DNA of 64,000 bases from Atractiella rhizophila. Its lineage: Eukaryota. The translations under genes and the position numbers were made by a program. The notes beneath the pieces were generated by a model that made no database searches, was not told where the DNA came from, and worked only from the letters and a program-made list of their open reading frames with translations. Where the stretch lies: the NCBI GenBank assembly GCA_021432655.1, contig MU271302.1, positions 7,303 through 71,302 on the forward strand, read 5' to 3'. Shown here piece by piece: positions 12,044 through 23,022 of this stretch; position 1 is the stretch's first letter, and every line of letters begins with the position of its first letter.

Positions 12044-12891
12044 TTAAGCATCACTCGGAGCGGCAGGTGTCCATTCGCTGGCAGTTTCCGTCACATTATA
12101 ACTGAAACCAGCGGTAGGAAGAGCAGTTTCCGTCACGTCGTAGTAGCTTGTGCTAGTAATATTGGGCAGCGGAACCTCCGTGAAGGTGACACTGGGATAG
12201 AAGGTGAAGGAAGATGCATTCTCGACAGGGAGAACGGTCACGCAGGACGGAAAGGCAGTTGCGACACCACTCGCAATTGTGCTTGTAACAGTGGGGTAGT
12301 AAGTCGTCGCATTCACGACGTAGGAAGTGTAAGTGACGTCGTAGAATGACGAAGCGGTGTAGGTCTCCGAGACATTGTAGAGGGACGAGGAAGCGTATGT
12401 CTCAGTGACGTTGTAGAAAGATGAAGGAGTGTAAGACTCGGTAATGTTGTAGTCTTTCCCCAGTATGCTCATTAAATTTTTGCAATGAGAGGAGAATGAA
12501 AGGAATTTACCTGTGTGGTTCGCGAATGGCTCGTTCGTGGGAACAGGGAAAGGAAGCCAAGTGGCTGTTGGAACATAGCAGACAACGCCGCTGGCAGTAG
12601 CGGTCGCCTGGTAATAGCTTGTCACAGTAATATTTCCTTGGGCGGTCGCAGTGGGAATTGCGCCACTGAGGAAGATGGAGGTGAAGTTGGCAGACGGTTC
12701 GGCTGTCCTCTGGATTAATACGATGTTGCATCAGGGAGAAGAGAGTGCTTACGAACCGGTCCTGCACTCAGGCTCTCGAAAACCGCAGTCACGTTCTCTA
12801 AGACAGGACCAGGAGCTGTATTGACGAAGGCCTGAGGGAGCGCGTGGACAACCGAGAGGAAGAATGAAAGAGCAGGGACGTTCGACTTCAT
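12044..12891 (-). CDS. Secreted Ser/Thr/Tyr-rich glycoprotein with YNVTET-type repeats
   Basis: Signal peptide MKSNVPALSFFLSVVHALP, two short introns, 12-aa repeats YNITESYTPSSF/YNVTETYASSSL/YNVSETYTASSF and ~11 N-x-S/T sequons. Stop at 12044, followed by a probable 3'UTR intron donor. Confidence 0.8.
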
Positions 12892-14592
12892 TTTGTATAT
12901 GTATCAATATCGATCGTGAATACCTGGGGTGTTATGAAAGAAAACCGGTTAGAAACTAGAAATGAAGAATGATGGACGAGGAGGGCATTCAACAGCCCTC
13001 TTTATACCATCAACCATTTGCTCCAGAAAACCTTTTTGCGACCTGCGTAGAGATCAAACTGCACGAAGAAACATTATGCTTGGGCTTGGCGATGTGAACA
13101 TCCGAAAATCCCGTGACAACAGCGAGAATCCGGAAGACCATGCTAACCAAAGTTCACAACAAACAATGAAAATGAAAATGAATGTCATTGAATACTCTGA
13201 TCAGGACCTTGAGATGATTCACGGAGAGCGGGAATGCTGGTGGTCAACGGCGCAGCAGAGGTGGCGACTTAGATGGCGACAACTTTGCTTAGACTGCACT
13301 TTCTACTGAACGGAGATCGGTCCCGGGATCTTCCTTAGATGTTCTGTTGTGATGGGAGATAGATATCTTGCTTTAATGCTTTACGCGAAGACGCGAAGAG
13401 CTCGCAAGAGTGAGCACGACTTGGAACCTGCACGAAAAACGCCACGGCTACGCAACTTTCGCTACCTAGAAAGGCCCAGCTCAAGCCTTTGCAACTGAGG
13501 GCAGTCAGTAAAAACAACCCAAAAAGCAGTAGTTGGGTGAGTGAACTTTTTTCCAGGAACCGCCTGAAATCACCTGGCGAGGCGAAAAAAGGCACTTCGG
13601 GTTTCTTCCATAATAAGCGGACGAGTATCTCGGAAGCACAACAGGCCATGTTCTTTATGGACTTTTGACGGTCATCGGCAGCCATGATTGCAAAACGACT
13701 AACTCTTTCGCTACATGCTTGCAGCATTAACCCAGGATCTTACACTTCAAGGACCCCTTCAGTCAATTCTAGAGTTCATCAGGGAGACATCACCAACATT
13801 TGAAGGACACGTTGACTGCTGATATCGAACCCTTTTCAGGGTTGGAAAAATATGACTCCATAGTTTAAAGTCGACTTGAAGCCTAACGAGTGAATCGGTC
13901 CTCTAACTCAGCAATTGACGTTCTGGCCGAGCGGAAAGGAAGCCCTAGAAAGGACATGTGCGAACAGTACCTCCAGTAGTTGTTTGTGGCTTCTGTAATA
14001 GTTCGTGCGCCATAGTAGTGGTTTGAATTGTGGAGACTTCATGACAGTGTTTGTAAGATCATGCTCCTCCACAAGAAACAGGACAGGAAAGTCGCGCATC
14101 TAACGCAAAGCAAGTCTTTCCCCTCTCATGATCTGCGCAATCCTCAGCTATTCATTGAAAGAAGGGAATAGGCACATCGGATTACGAACCAAGATACAAA
14201 ATACTATCTAATACAGTACTTCAATGGATTTGAATCCTAAGTACTGTGTTAGATAAGGCAGAAATTCTTCGTTGACCCCTCAATCTGGCTGAAGAGAATA
14301 CGGACTGACGAAACCATCTCCACCCCCATGGCCAAATTCTAGCACATTGCACTTAACACCTTCGACACCACCACTTTGTGAGCGTGCCATAGACCCGAGG
14401 CTCTTGAGCTCCTACATCCCAGCTCCCTGTTGTCTGATGTTGCGGAATGTTCATTGAATGAACAGAAGGTTCATCGAACTTTGACCTAACCTTAAGGTTC
14501 AGCTCGTGGCTTATTGTTTTTGTTCTTCGGATCTTGTAGCAGCGTCAAGGTAGGATAAATCAAGGAGGAGTAATCAGGAGGAGCAAGACACT

Positions 14593-15168
14593 ATGGTGCG
14601 TACCCCTTATGAAGTTTGTGCGAGTGCTGACTTCAAGTTAGCCTCGTAAGTCTTCCCCCTTCCCGTAGATATGGCTGTGACATTAGACTGGTCATGAAGG
14701 GGAAATTAAAGACATCAAACAGTTCGTATTTGTCATTTGGGAGGTAGTGGAAGCCTGAAAATTGTGGTACAGATTCCTCGAAATTGCTCGGCGAAAGGAT
14801 GCCAAAGGTCCTTCCCTCTCCCTCTCTACCCTCATGTCACACAAGCGCTAACATCCCAATGTAGCGGCTCGCATAAAGCGCACATATCCCCGCGCAAACG
14901 CAAAACCCTCAGTCGCCGCCGCCACCAAGAAGTCTAAAGCCCTCGATTCCGCACAACCCGTCACCAAGTTCAAGATCCGATGCTCAAAATACCTTTACAC
15001 TCTCGTGCTTGCTGATGCCGAGAAGGCAGAGAAGCTCAAGCAGAGTCTCCCTCCAGGTAAGTCTTCTCTTCGAGTTTATGAAGCTAGCAAGAGTGGGGTT
15101 AAATGGAGTTGTTTGGTGAAGGTCTGACGGTGGAGGTCATTGATAAGACCACCAAGAAGAAGAAGTGA
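14593..15168 (+). CDS. RPL38: 60S ribosomal protein L38 (intact copy)
   Basis: Spliced product [27 protein letters not shown]...[47 protein letters not shown]. Five introns, including one directly after the ATG and one after a 4-nt CCTC micro-exon. Confidence 0.95.
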
Positions 15169-15772
15169 GTTGTGAGGCTCGTGGAGGGTTATGTCTGTAT
15201 GCAATTATGCACATCGATTCCATTATATGTTTTGCACGGAAAGGCTGTCATAGAAGACGTCGTGCTCCGTTTTCATCGAGCACAATCCGCACGTGCATAT
15301 CCAGGTAATATCTAAGCGGAAAGCATGGAAGCTTTGTCTCAAGTCAACGTACGGCTCAATCCGCAAGAGAAGTGATATCTCCAACTGAACTGCTCTTCCG
15401 TTTCGTCAGGGAAGCTTTGACGAAGCTTGCATGAGAGCGATTCTTACGTGGCAGGCAAGACAGAATCAGCTTGGTTCATGCTGTAAGCAGTTTTCTGTTC
15501 TCGATCGCTCTTCATTGTTCAACTCACATGCAAGGCAACAGTAAGGAAGCACACAAGATCAATAGGCGAAGCGGATGCTATCCTCTTTCTCTTGTGGTAC
15601 CGTTGTTCACACTTCACAACGGTCGAACTACGAGTCCATCCACGAGTCCCCCTTCATGAGCGCTTCCCTGTTCGCTAACACCTCCTTTAATCTTGGGCAA
15701 CTGAGAGGGATGTGAGACTCTGGAGTCTGACCCAGCCGCCTAATATTTGGAGCCAGAATGGAACGATGCCTT

Positions 15773-16140
15773 CTACCACTACCAATTCTTCTCTTGCTCC
15801 CCGGACTCGCAAATGCCTGACCTCTCGCTATTTGCGTACTCCCCCCATCATCATCCTCGCAAAGGAGATGTCCTCCTCGCACCGCCCGCTCTCCAAAGAA
15901 TAACTGAACACCAAGATGCGCCTTCATCGCCACTTCCCTCACAAGCCAATCCCCAAGGAACCAGTGGATGAAGTCTCGGAAGTCAAACGAGTCCACTACA
16001 CAGTACTTGAGTGTTAGCTCATATATGGCTGTTGCATTTTTGAAGGTGCTCAAGAACTCGTGGGAAACGAGGTTTGATGTTCTTCGCCCCCGTCGACTTC
16101 CAGGAGGGTGAGGGTGTGTGGGTGTGATAGGTCGAAGGGA
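15773..16140 (-). pseudogene. F-box/LRR family copy A, 3' fragment only
   Basis: TSNLVSHEFLSTFKNATAIYELTLKYCVVDSFDFRDFIHWFLGDW...HLGVQLFFGE matches the family C-terminus; frameshifted and 5'-truncated. Confidence 0.85.
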
Positions 16141-16721
16141 GAGGGAGCGCGCGGATGAACTCGGTGTTCTCTTCATCCGATGGAGTTTGCGTTTTGGGTG
16201 TTATTCCCTTCACCATGTTTCTTGCATCTCAGTCACTGTCAACCCCAGCCAAAGAGATGAAATCCACTAATCTCCAACAATGCGAAGAAGTGAAGCACCA
16301 AACAAAGGCTTTCATATTTGTTTGTATGGGAGCGACCTCTTCTTTTCTTTTCAGATAGGATCAACAGATTTCTACTCAAAAGGGTTGAAGAAATCGGCTC
16401 ATACACAAATTCAAAATGGATTAGAGGCTTGTAGCTCTGTTCTCCCGGTCCCCTTCGAGTCTGTGAATTTGCAACAGGTAGCAGCACAATGACAGGGAAA
16501 AGTAACATATTTAATTTGAACCTCACGGGGACAGACTTGATGAGCCAGTGGTATCGTCCAAGCTCTTAGTCTAAGTGTTCGGCCCGCCAAGGGAAAAAAA
16601 AGTCAACGAGTCCTCCAAGTTTTTTCATATTCGCAGGCACCTCCTTCAGTCGTGGGCTGCTGAGAGGAGTCGAGAGTCTGATACAGTCGCTTCGCATTTC
16701 GCATTAGGTGTGTGGATAGGA

Positions 16722-18191
16722 TTATGCTTTCTCCTTCTCCTCCCCAGGCTCCCAAATGCCTGACGCGTCCGTCCTTGCATACTTTGCCATCGTTCTCCTC
16801 GCAATGGCAATCTCCTCCTCGCTCCACTCTCCAAAGAATAAACGAACCCCAAGGTGACGGTCCATCTTTCCCCCATCTTCCTGATCCCCTCTATCAGCTC
16901 CCCTTGCTTGCCAATCCCCAAAGAACCAGCGGATGAAGTCCGGGAAATCAAGCGAGGACACCACACAGTACCGGAGTATTATCCGGTATATCGCCGTTGC
17001 ATTTTTAAGGGTGCTGAAGAACTCGCGGGAAATGAGGTTTGACGTTTCCTCGCCCCCGTCAAGGAACAGCTCGGTGAGCTGTGTGAGGTGTGACAAGTCG
17101 AACGGAGTGCATAGGATGGAGGTCTTTCCATCAGCAGAGAAGGGGGCGAGCACGAGTGTGAGATGTTCCAGAAGAAGTGGCAGAGGATGATCTGAGATGG
17201 AGGAAGGGAGAGGACATAGATCGGAGAGATACAGGTAGCGGAGGGTTTGTGGGAGAGAGTGTGACGGAAGAAGCAGGTACTTGTAGAGATCTAGGTATTC
17301 GAGGCGAGATGAGAAGTGAAGGCCTGCTGAGGTTGAAACGGGACAGTCCTCCACGTTGTCAACTTTGAGCCAATTGATCCTGTCACCCATCCTCCGCGTA
17401 AAGTTCTCGATTTCCTCCCTCTTCCACTTTCTCGAACCACTTCCAAACATAACGTCATCAACCCGTTTCAGGCCTTCAATTGCATTCAACACAATCTTCG
17501 CCTCCTGTTCACTCCAAAATGCATCCATCCGCACCATCGTTACACCTGGCGAGCCTGCAATTACCTCTTTTGCCATCCCAACATCCATCCTTCTGTCCAA
17601 CATCAGTCTGTCCCACAGTCGTCCGGCACCAGGATAGCATTTCAACCGGGAATACTTTCCTGCCACAGAATCAGGTTCACCCCAGTAAGGAGCTGAAACT
17701 TCCCTCCAGAGCTTGCAAATGTTAGAAACAGTGGAAGCATCTTCGGAGAAACTAAATATGAGAGAGAGGAGTTCCACAGGCAAGCACGAGATGGAGCATA
17801 GAATAACGTCTGGAGGTGGGACAGAGAGTTGGATGATGCTAACTGTTCGTAGGGATGGGGGCAATGACGATTCATCCTCACCGATGGGAAGGAAACGGTC
17901 TTCATGTTCGGAGTATGAGGCAATGGGGGCGAATATGGCATTCTCGCAAAAGAAAGGAAATGTGCGAGTATATGGATCGCGATATGAAGCAAGCGGGTTG
18001 ACCTCTGATTTGACATCTCTGTCCACAGTCGACACATGCCCTTCAATATCCAGAAGGGTTACTGAAACATTTTCGGTGCTCATAGTAATGTGAAGATTGA
18101 TCACGCCATCCTTGTCGAGAACATTTTTGACCTGTTCAAGTGATAAATAAGACAATTTTGATGACATCTCTACAAGTTCCCACCTCCCCAA
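16722..18191 (-). CDS. F-box/LRR-like protein, copy B (family start at 18376 is out of frame)
   Basis: 489-aa ORF; F-box ISCLPVELLSLIFSF...VSNICKLWREVS; LRR-like strands LEYLDL, LRYLYLSDL, LEHLTL, LTELFLDG; family C-terminus FFGDW..FFGEW..SGIWEPG. Confidence 0.8.
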   Translation of the reverse strand: MGRWELVEMSSKLSYLSLEQVKNVLDKDGVINLHITMSTENVSVTLLDIEGHVSTVDRDVKSEVNPLASYRDPYTRTFPFFCENAIFAPIASYSEHEDRFLPIGEDESSLPPSLRTVSIIQLSVPPPDVILCSISCLPVELLSLIFSFSEDASTVSNICKLWREVSAPYWGEPDSVAGKYSRLKCYPGAGRLWDRLMLDRRMDVGMAKEVIAGSPGVTMVRMDAFWSEQEAKIVLNAIEGLKRVDDVMFGSGSRKWKREEIENFTRRMGDRINWLKVDNVEDCPVSTSAGLHFSSRLEYLDLYKYLLLPSHSLPQTLRYLYLSDLCPLPSSISDHPLPLLLEHLTLVLAPFSADGKTSILCTPFDLSHLTQLTELFLDGGEETSNLISREFFSTLKNATAIYRIILRYCVVSSLDFPDFIRWFFGDWQARGADRGDQEDGGKMDRHLGVRLFFGEWSEEEIAIARRTMAKYARTDASGIWEPGEEKEKA

Positions 18192-21100
18192 TGCTGGCGA
18201 TAAGGCAAACGAAATCTGGAGCGTGTGAATTGATGCAGGTAGGTAACGTAGAAAAGATGGAAGAATGGAGAGGTGGACCGAATTGCTGGAGTCGTGCGGG
18301 GTGATAACATGGACTGATGCCGTCGAGTTTGGTATCTGGTAAAGGCCAGACGATTGCAGCTCTGGAGAAGAGTCATCAGACTAGACCCAAAACCCACGTT
18401 AGATGATAATAGGAAATCGCAGGTGGAGATGAAATCATGCCTGAGTCACATCATCAGGTGCCAACCACCTCCTCACCCTTCGCATCTTGACGTGATGGAA
18501 ACGCGATGAAGATTGACAAAAAGTTGAACTGAGTCCCAAACTGTGCGCTGTGCTACCACCTTGATGAACAATTCGTGGGAGAATCTAGCAGAATGAAAAT
18601 ACCGATGGATCACTTCGTTGTTGAGGGATGGACATCGGATGTGCTTTGTACGACTTTTTACTCTATTTGATGTGGAGACGTCAGACGTCAAGGAACGTCA
18701 AGGAGGAAGTCATGTTGGGCAAAAGAATGCTCTGTGAATGAATGAAGGGATTCAAACGGAGTATGTGGGGATCGTACCAAGGACATTGCTGCTAATCAAG
18801 ATGGAATCAATATAATGCTTGTTCGGTTTGAAGGGCGGGCGTTCATAGTACCCGCCTTAAATCGCGGTTTAATACTCCCCCTTTCTCTTCCCATGCCGCA
18901 AAGACGAGGCGAGTTAGTTCACAAATCGTTCGGGGGAGCAGGCAAGAAGAAGATGAAAACCGCGGTCATTCCCTGGCGGATAGATCGCTTGTGGAGGACA
19001 AAAGGTGAGGTGACATCGAGACACTCGGAGTCGGTCAGCTGAGTGGGTAATGGTTCGAATGGAGGAGAAAACTTCGTTGGGTTTTAGGTTTGAGAGAAGT
19101 GTGTACGCAAGATAATAAGAGCTTGAATAACTCACCAATGACATTGAGGGAATTGGTCCTCCTTCGTTGTGCGCTTTCTGCCCTTCTGCTTCCGCGCTAG
19201 CCACTCATCACTCGCCACTTCCCTGTTACAATCCTCCATCACTCCGATCCCTCAGTTTTCTTCATTCGCCTCCGGGCTTCGGTGTCCTACCCACCCAGAC
19301 GGAGATGAACACTCATCTTTCCCGTTTCCCCACTTCCCTCTTTCCTCTCTTAAGCGAGTAAGCGAGAAAACGGGCCAGGATATTTAGGCATCCATGTTGC
19401 CATAGTCTCAGAGGGCGGTCGTTCATCCAAGGAGAGGAGGAAGGACGCGTCCAATTGAGGTAACTCTAAAACGATATTCACCCTCATCAATGCGGGAAAC
19501 GATGCTGTCGCTCGAAGGGAAATAAGCATATCATTCGCGCCTACTAGGGGTAAGGAACAATCAGCTACATCCAGAGGCTCTTGTGAAGGACGAGAGAGAA
19601 CGAACTATTTGAGCCTGTTCGCAAACAGTGTGAGGCCATCGATGACGCTTTGATAGATGACGAAGAGTTAATGGTGACGAGGAAGACGATGGCGATGATC
19701 CATTCTAACAACATGCAACGCGTCAACCTCGGCTGCCGTTTGGTAGTGCAACCCTTAGACTCCTTCCCGAAGGCGGTACCATCGCATGGTCTTCGCACGT
19801 TCCCGCTCTGATCCCCCCTCTATTCTCCTTTCAACCTCTTGTTGTTGCCCGGCCCTCTTCTTGGTTCTTTATTTTCTAAATAGATCAGTCTCTTAGTTGT
19901 TGTCTCTTGTTTAGATTTTTATAAAAGGCTTCCGCATGTATTGCAGAGAGTAGTTTCTAGCCAATCCAAAGTAATCCACATAGAGTTTTGCCGAAAAGCA
20001 ACGAGAAGAAGACCCCTACGTGTTCCAGTAGGACATAGGATGGAAGCGAGGACTGAGGTTGACAAACTAAGGCTTTCCAAGTGATAAGGCATTTTCGATC
20101 CTCCTTCCAAAGTCCTTCCACGCAAAATTTTTCTCTTCCATCTAACTCTCCAAAAAGAAGCCTCCAATGACCATCCACCAATTTTTCGTCCTTATCGATA
20201 TCCTTGGTTCAAAACCCACTATACACCTCGAGCTGCTCCTTCGTTACGTTGCTGGGATAAAGCTTGCTTTATGAGTCCGTGGAGGGACGAGGAGTGATGC
20301 TGCCGCCAGAATCGAGGTCTCCTTCCGAAGAGCATTGAATCATACAATGAGGTGAGAATGACGATACCCCGTTCCGAATTTCCCTCCATTACCTCGTCAC
20401 TGAGGGGTTCTGATCCACTCTCGTCTTGACACTTGAGTACTCACGGATCCTCGCACTCTTTCGACTCTGCTCCAGTACTCCACCTCCAGACGGTCCGGAA
20501 GGAAAGATGAACAGGTGTGAGAATATCGGTGAGGCTGAGTGGCGATAAGCTACCCAAATCTCCTCCACTCCTAAGTGGAAGGGATAGTAGTAGCAGTTCC
20601 GATCGCCTTCGGATAGTCAGCTCGTCGAGCGTCTGAGTACAGCTGCCGTCGTCAGCCTCCACTCGTCTTAGGAAACGAAGGCATACAAGGGATGGTTTCG
20701 TCTTTGATACTCTCGTCGTACGACAGATGTGAAAATTCTGTAGGCAGCCAGCACTGCTGACAGAAAGTGCGAGTTGTCTCCATTTGGATATGGCAGCAGA
20801 GCGTCGACAATGCCACATATCCTGCTCCATCGCATCGTATGGAATCAGCGCCGTAGACGGGAAAGAAGTCAAAGTGAAGAGGACCTACAACACAGTAGAT
20901 CTGCGTAACCTTTCCGGTTCCATCTCCACATCATTACTCTGCAACCAGAGGGCGATTCAATGCCTGTCACATCTCATCACCCTCGCTAAGTAGTCCTCAT
21001 TCCGAAAGAAGCAGCACCGAAGCAACATGGGCTCTCTCCCATACCTCTCATCTCCACACCCCTTGTTCCTCCACTCATTCTCCTCTCATTGCAATTATCC

Positions 21101-21465
21101 CACACTCCAGCCTTCCCTCTAACCTTGCCTTCGTCAATTCACACTCTCTGTCACAATCAGTACTAGTGCTACTATAGGATACAGCTTCGTTGCAGTTGCG
21201 ATTCGCGGCAGTTTTTGTATTAGACACATGCTGGACTGGCTAGTTGTCTAACATTAATAACCATCGATGGCAGCACTTAGATGGACCAGTTAGTGGGTGT
21301 GGCAGCATCGTCCGAGCGCTTAATCGAGGTGGCCGACCATGGGAATTTAGTCGTGTAGAAGGCATTTCCTTCGATTCTGAGCTCTCGAGATTGACAGGAG
21401 AGTCTACCCGCCGAGTTGCGTCCTTCTTGGGTACTTGGGATCACATTCGGAGCGTTCCTTCGCAC

Positions 21466-23022
21466 CTAGTCCGCAGGCTCCCAAACGCCGGACTCCTTGC
21501 TTTTCCTGTACTCCGCCATCATCTTCCTCGCATTCACGATCTCCTCCTCGCTCCACTCTCCGAAGAAGAAATGAGCCTCAAGATGTAACCCAATCTCCCG
21601 TCCATCAAACCGATCCCCCTTCTCCATCCTCCTCACCCACCCATCTCCAAAGAACCAGCGGATGAAGTCTGGGAAATCGAATGGATCCACCACGCAGTAT
21701 AGGAGTGTTATCTCGTTTATCGCGGTTGCATTTTTGAGGGTACTGAAGAACTGTCGGGAGACGAGGTTCGACGTTTCTTCCCCCCCATCGAGGCTCAGGG
21801 AGGTGAGCTGTGAGAGGTGTGACAAGTCGAGCGGAGTGGATAGGATGGTGGTTGTTCCATCCATGGAGAATGGGGCGAGCACAATCTCGAGATACTCCAG
21901 AAGAGGCGGCAGAGGGTAGTCTGAGATGGAGGTAGGGAGAGGACATAGGTTAGAGAGACGCAGGTAGAGGAGGCTACGTGGGAGAGAGAGGGATGGAAGA
22001 GGTGGGTACCTTCGAAGGTGTAGGTGTTCTAGGTGGGAAGATAAGTGAAGACCTTTTGATGCCGAAGGGACAGAGTCTTCCACGTCGTAAGCTCTGAACT
22101 CTCTAATCCTGTTACCCATCCTTCGCATAAAGTTCTCGATCTTCTCCTTCCTCCACTTTCTCGAACCCCTCTTTCTGAAAGTCACGTCATTCACCCGTTC
22201 CAAACCTTCGATTGCATTCAACACAATACTCGCTTCCTCTTCATTCCAAAATGCATCCATCACCACTTCCGTAACATTCGGCGAGCCTGCGATGACCTCT
22301 TTCACCATCCCAACGCTGAAACTGCCATACAGCCACAGTCCGTCCCACAGTCGTCCGGTACCAGGATAGCGTTTCAACCGCTCATACTTTTCTGCCAGAG
22401 ACTCAGACTCGCGCTCATGCGGAGCTGAAACGTCCCTCCAGATCTCGCACACCTTAGAGAGAATGGAAGCTTCGGCGCCATCGAGGAAACTGAACATTAG
22501 AGAGAGGAGCTCAACAGGCAAGCGCGAGATTGAGTGTGGAGTATCGTCTGGAGGTGGGACAGAGAGTTGGATGATGCTCGCTCTGTGGAGGGATTGGAGT
22601 GATGACGATTCGTTGTCACCGATGGGGATGAACTGTCTCTTGCGTTGGGAGTATGAGGCTAGAGGAGTGAAGACGGCATTTTCGTGAAAGAAAGGAGATG
22701 TGCGGGTATATGATTCGCCATATGAAGCAAGTGAGTCGACAGCATGCCCTTCAACATCCAAAAAGGTTACTGAGATATTTTCTCTGTTGATGATAAGCCA
22801 AGATTGATTACACCATTCTCGTTGACCGCATTCGCGACCCGTTCCAGTGATAAATAAGACAATTTTGAGGACATCTGTCCAGGCTCCCAATTCCGTTTGA
22901 ATGGACGTGGTAAGATAAACGAAATCCGGAGCGTGTGAATTGACAGAGGTAGGCGGGATAGAAAGAGGGAAGAATGGACACGTGGATCGACGACCTGTAT
23001 CCTGGGGTGATGACATGGACAA
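21466..23022 (-). CDS. F-box/LRR-like protein, copy C (N-terminal domain scrambled by frameshifts)
   Basis: 518-aa ORF with ISRLPVELLSLMFSFL...LSKVCEIWRDVS and the LRR region. The family start MTEQE at 23083 lies in another frame. Confidence 0.78.
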   Translation of the reverse strand: MSMSSPQDTGRRSTCPFFPLSIPPTSVNSHAPDFVYLTTSIQTELGAWTDVLKIVLFITGTGRECGQREWCNQSWLIINRENISVTFLDVEGHAVDSLASYGESYTRTSPFFHENAVFTPLASYSQRKRQFIPIGDNESSSLQSLHRASIIQLSVPPPDDTPHSISRLPVELLSLMFSFLDGAEASILSKVCEIWRDVSAPHERESESLAEKYERLKRYPGTGRLWDGLWLYGSFSVGMVKEVIAGSPNVTEVVMDAFWNEEEASIVLNAIEGLERVNDVTFRKRGSRKWRKEKIENFMRRMGNRIREFRAYDVEDSVPSASKGLHLSSHLEHLHLRRYPPLPSLSLPRSLLYLRLSNLCPLPTSISDYPLPPLLEYLEIVLAPFSMDGTTTILSTPLDLSHLSQLTSLSLDGGEETSNLVSRQFFSTLKNATAINEITLLYCVVDPFDFPDFIRWFFGDGWVRRMEKGDRFDGREIGLHLEAHFFFGEWSEEEIVNARKMMAEYRKSKESGVWEPAD

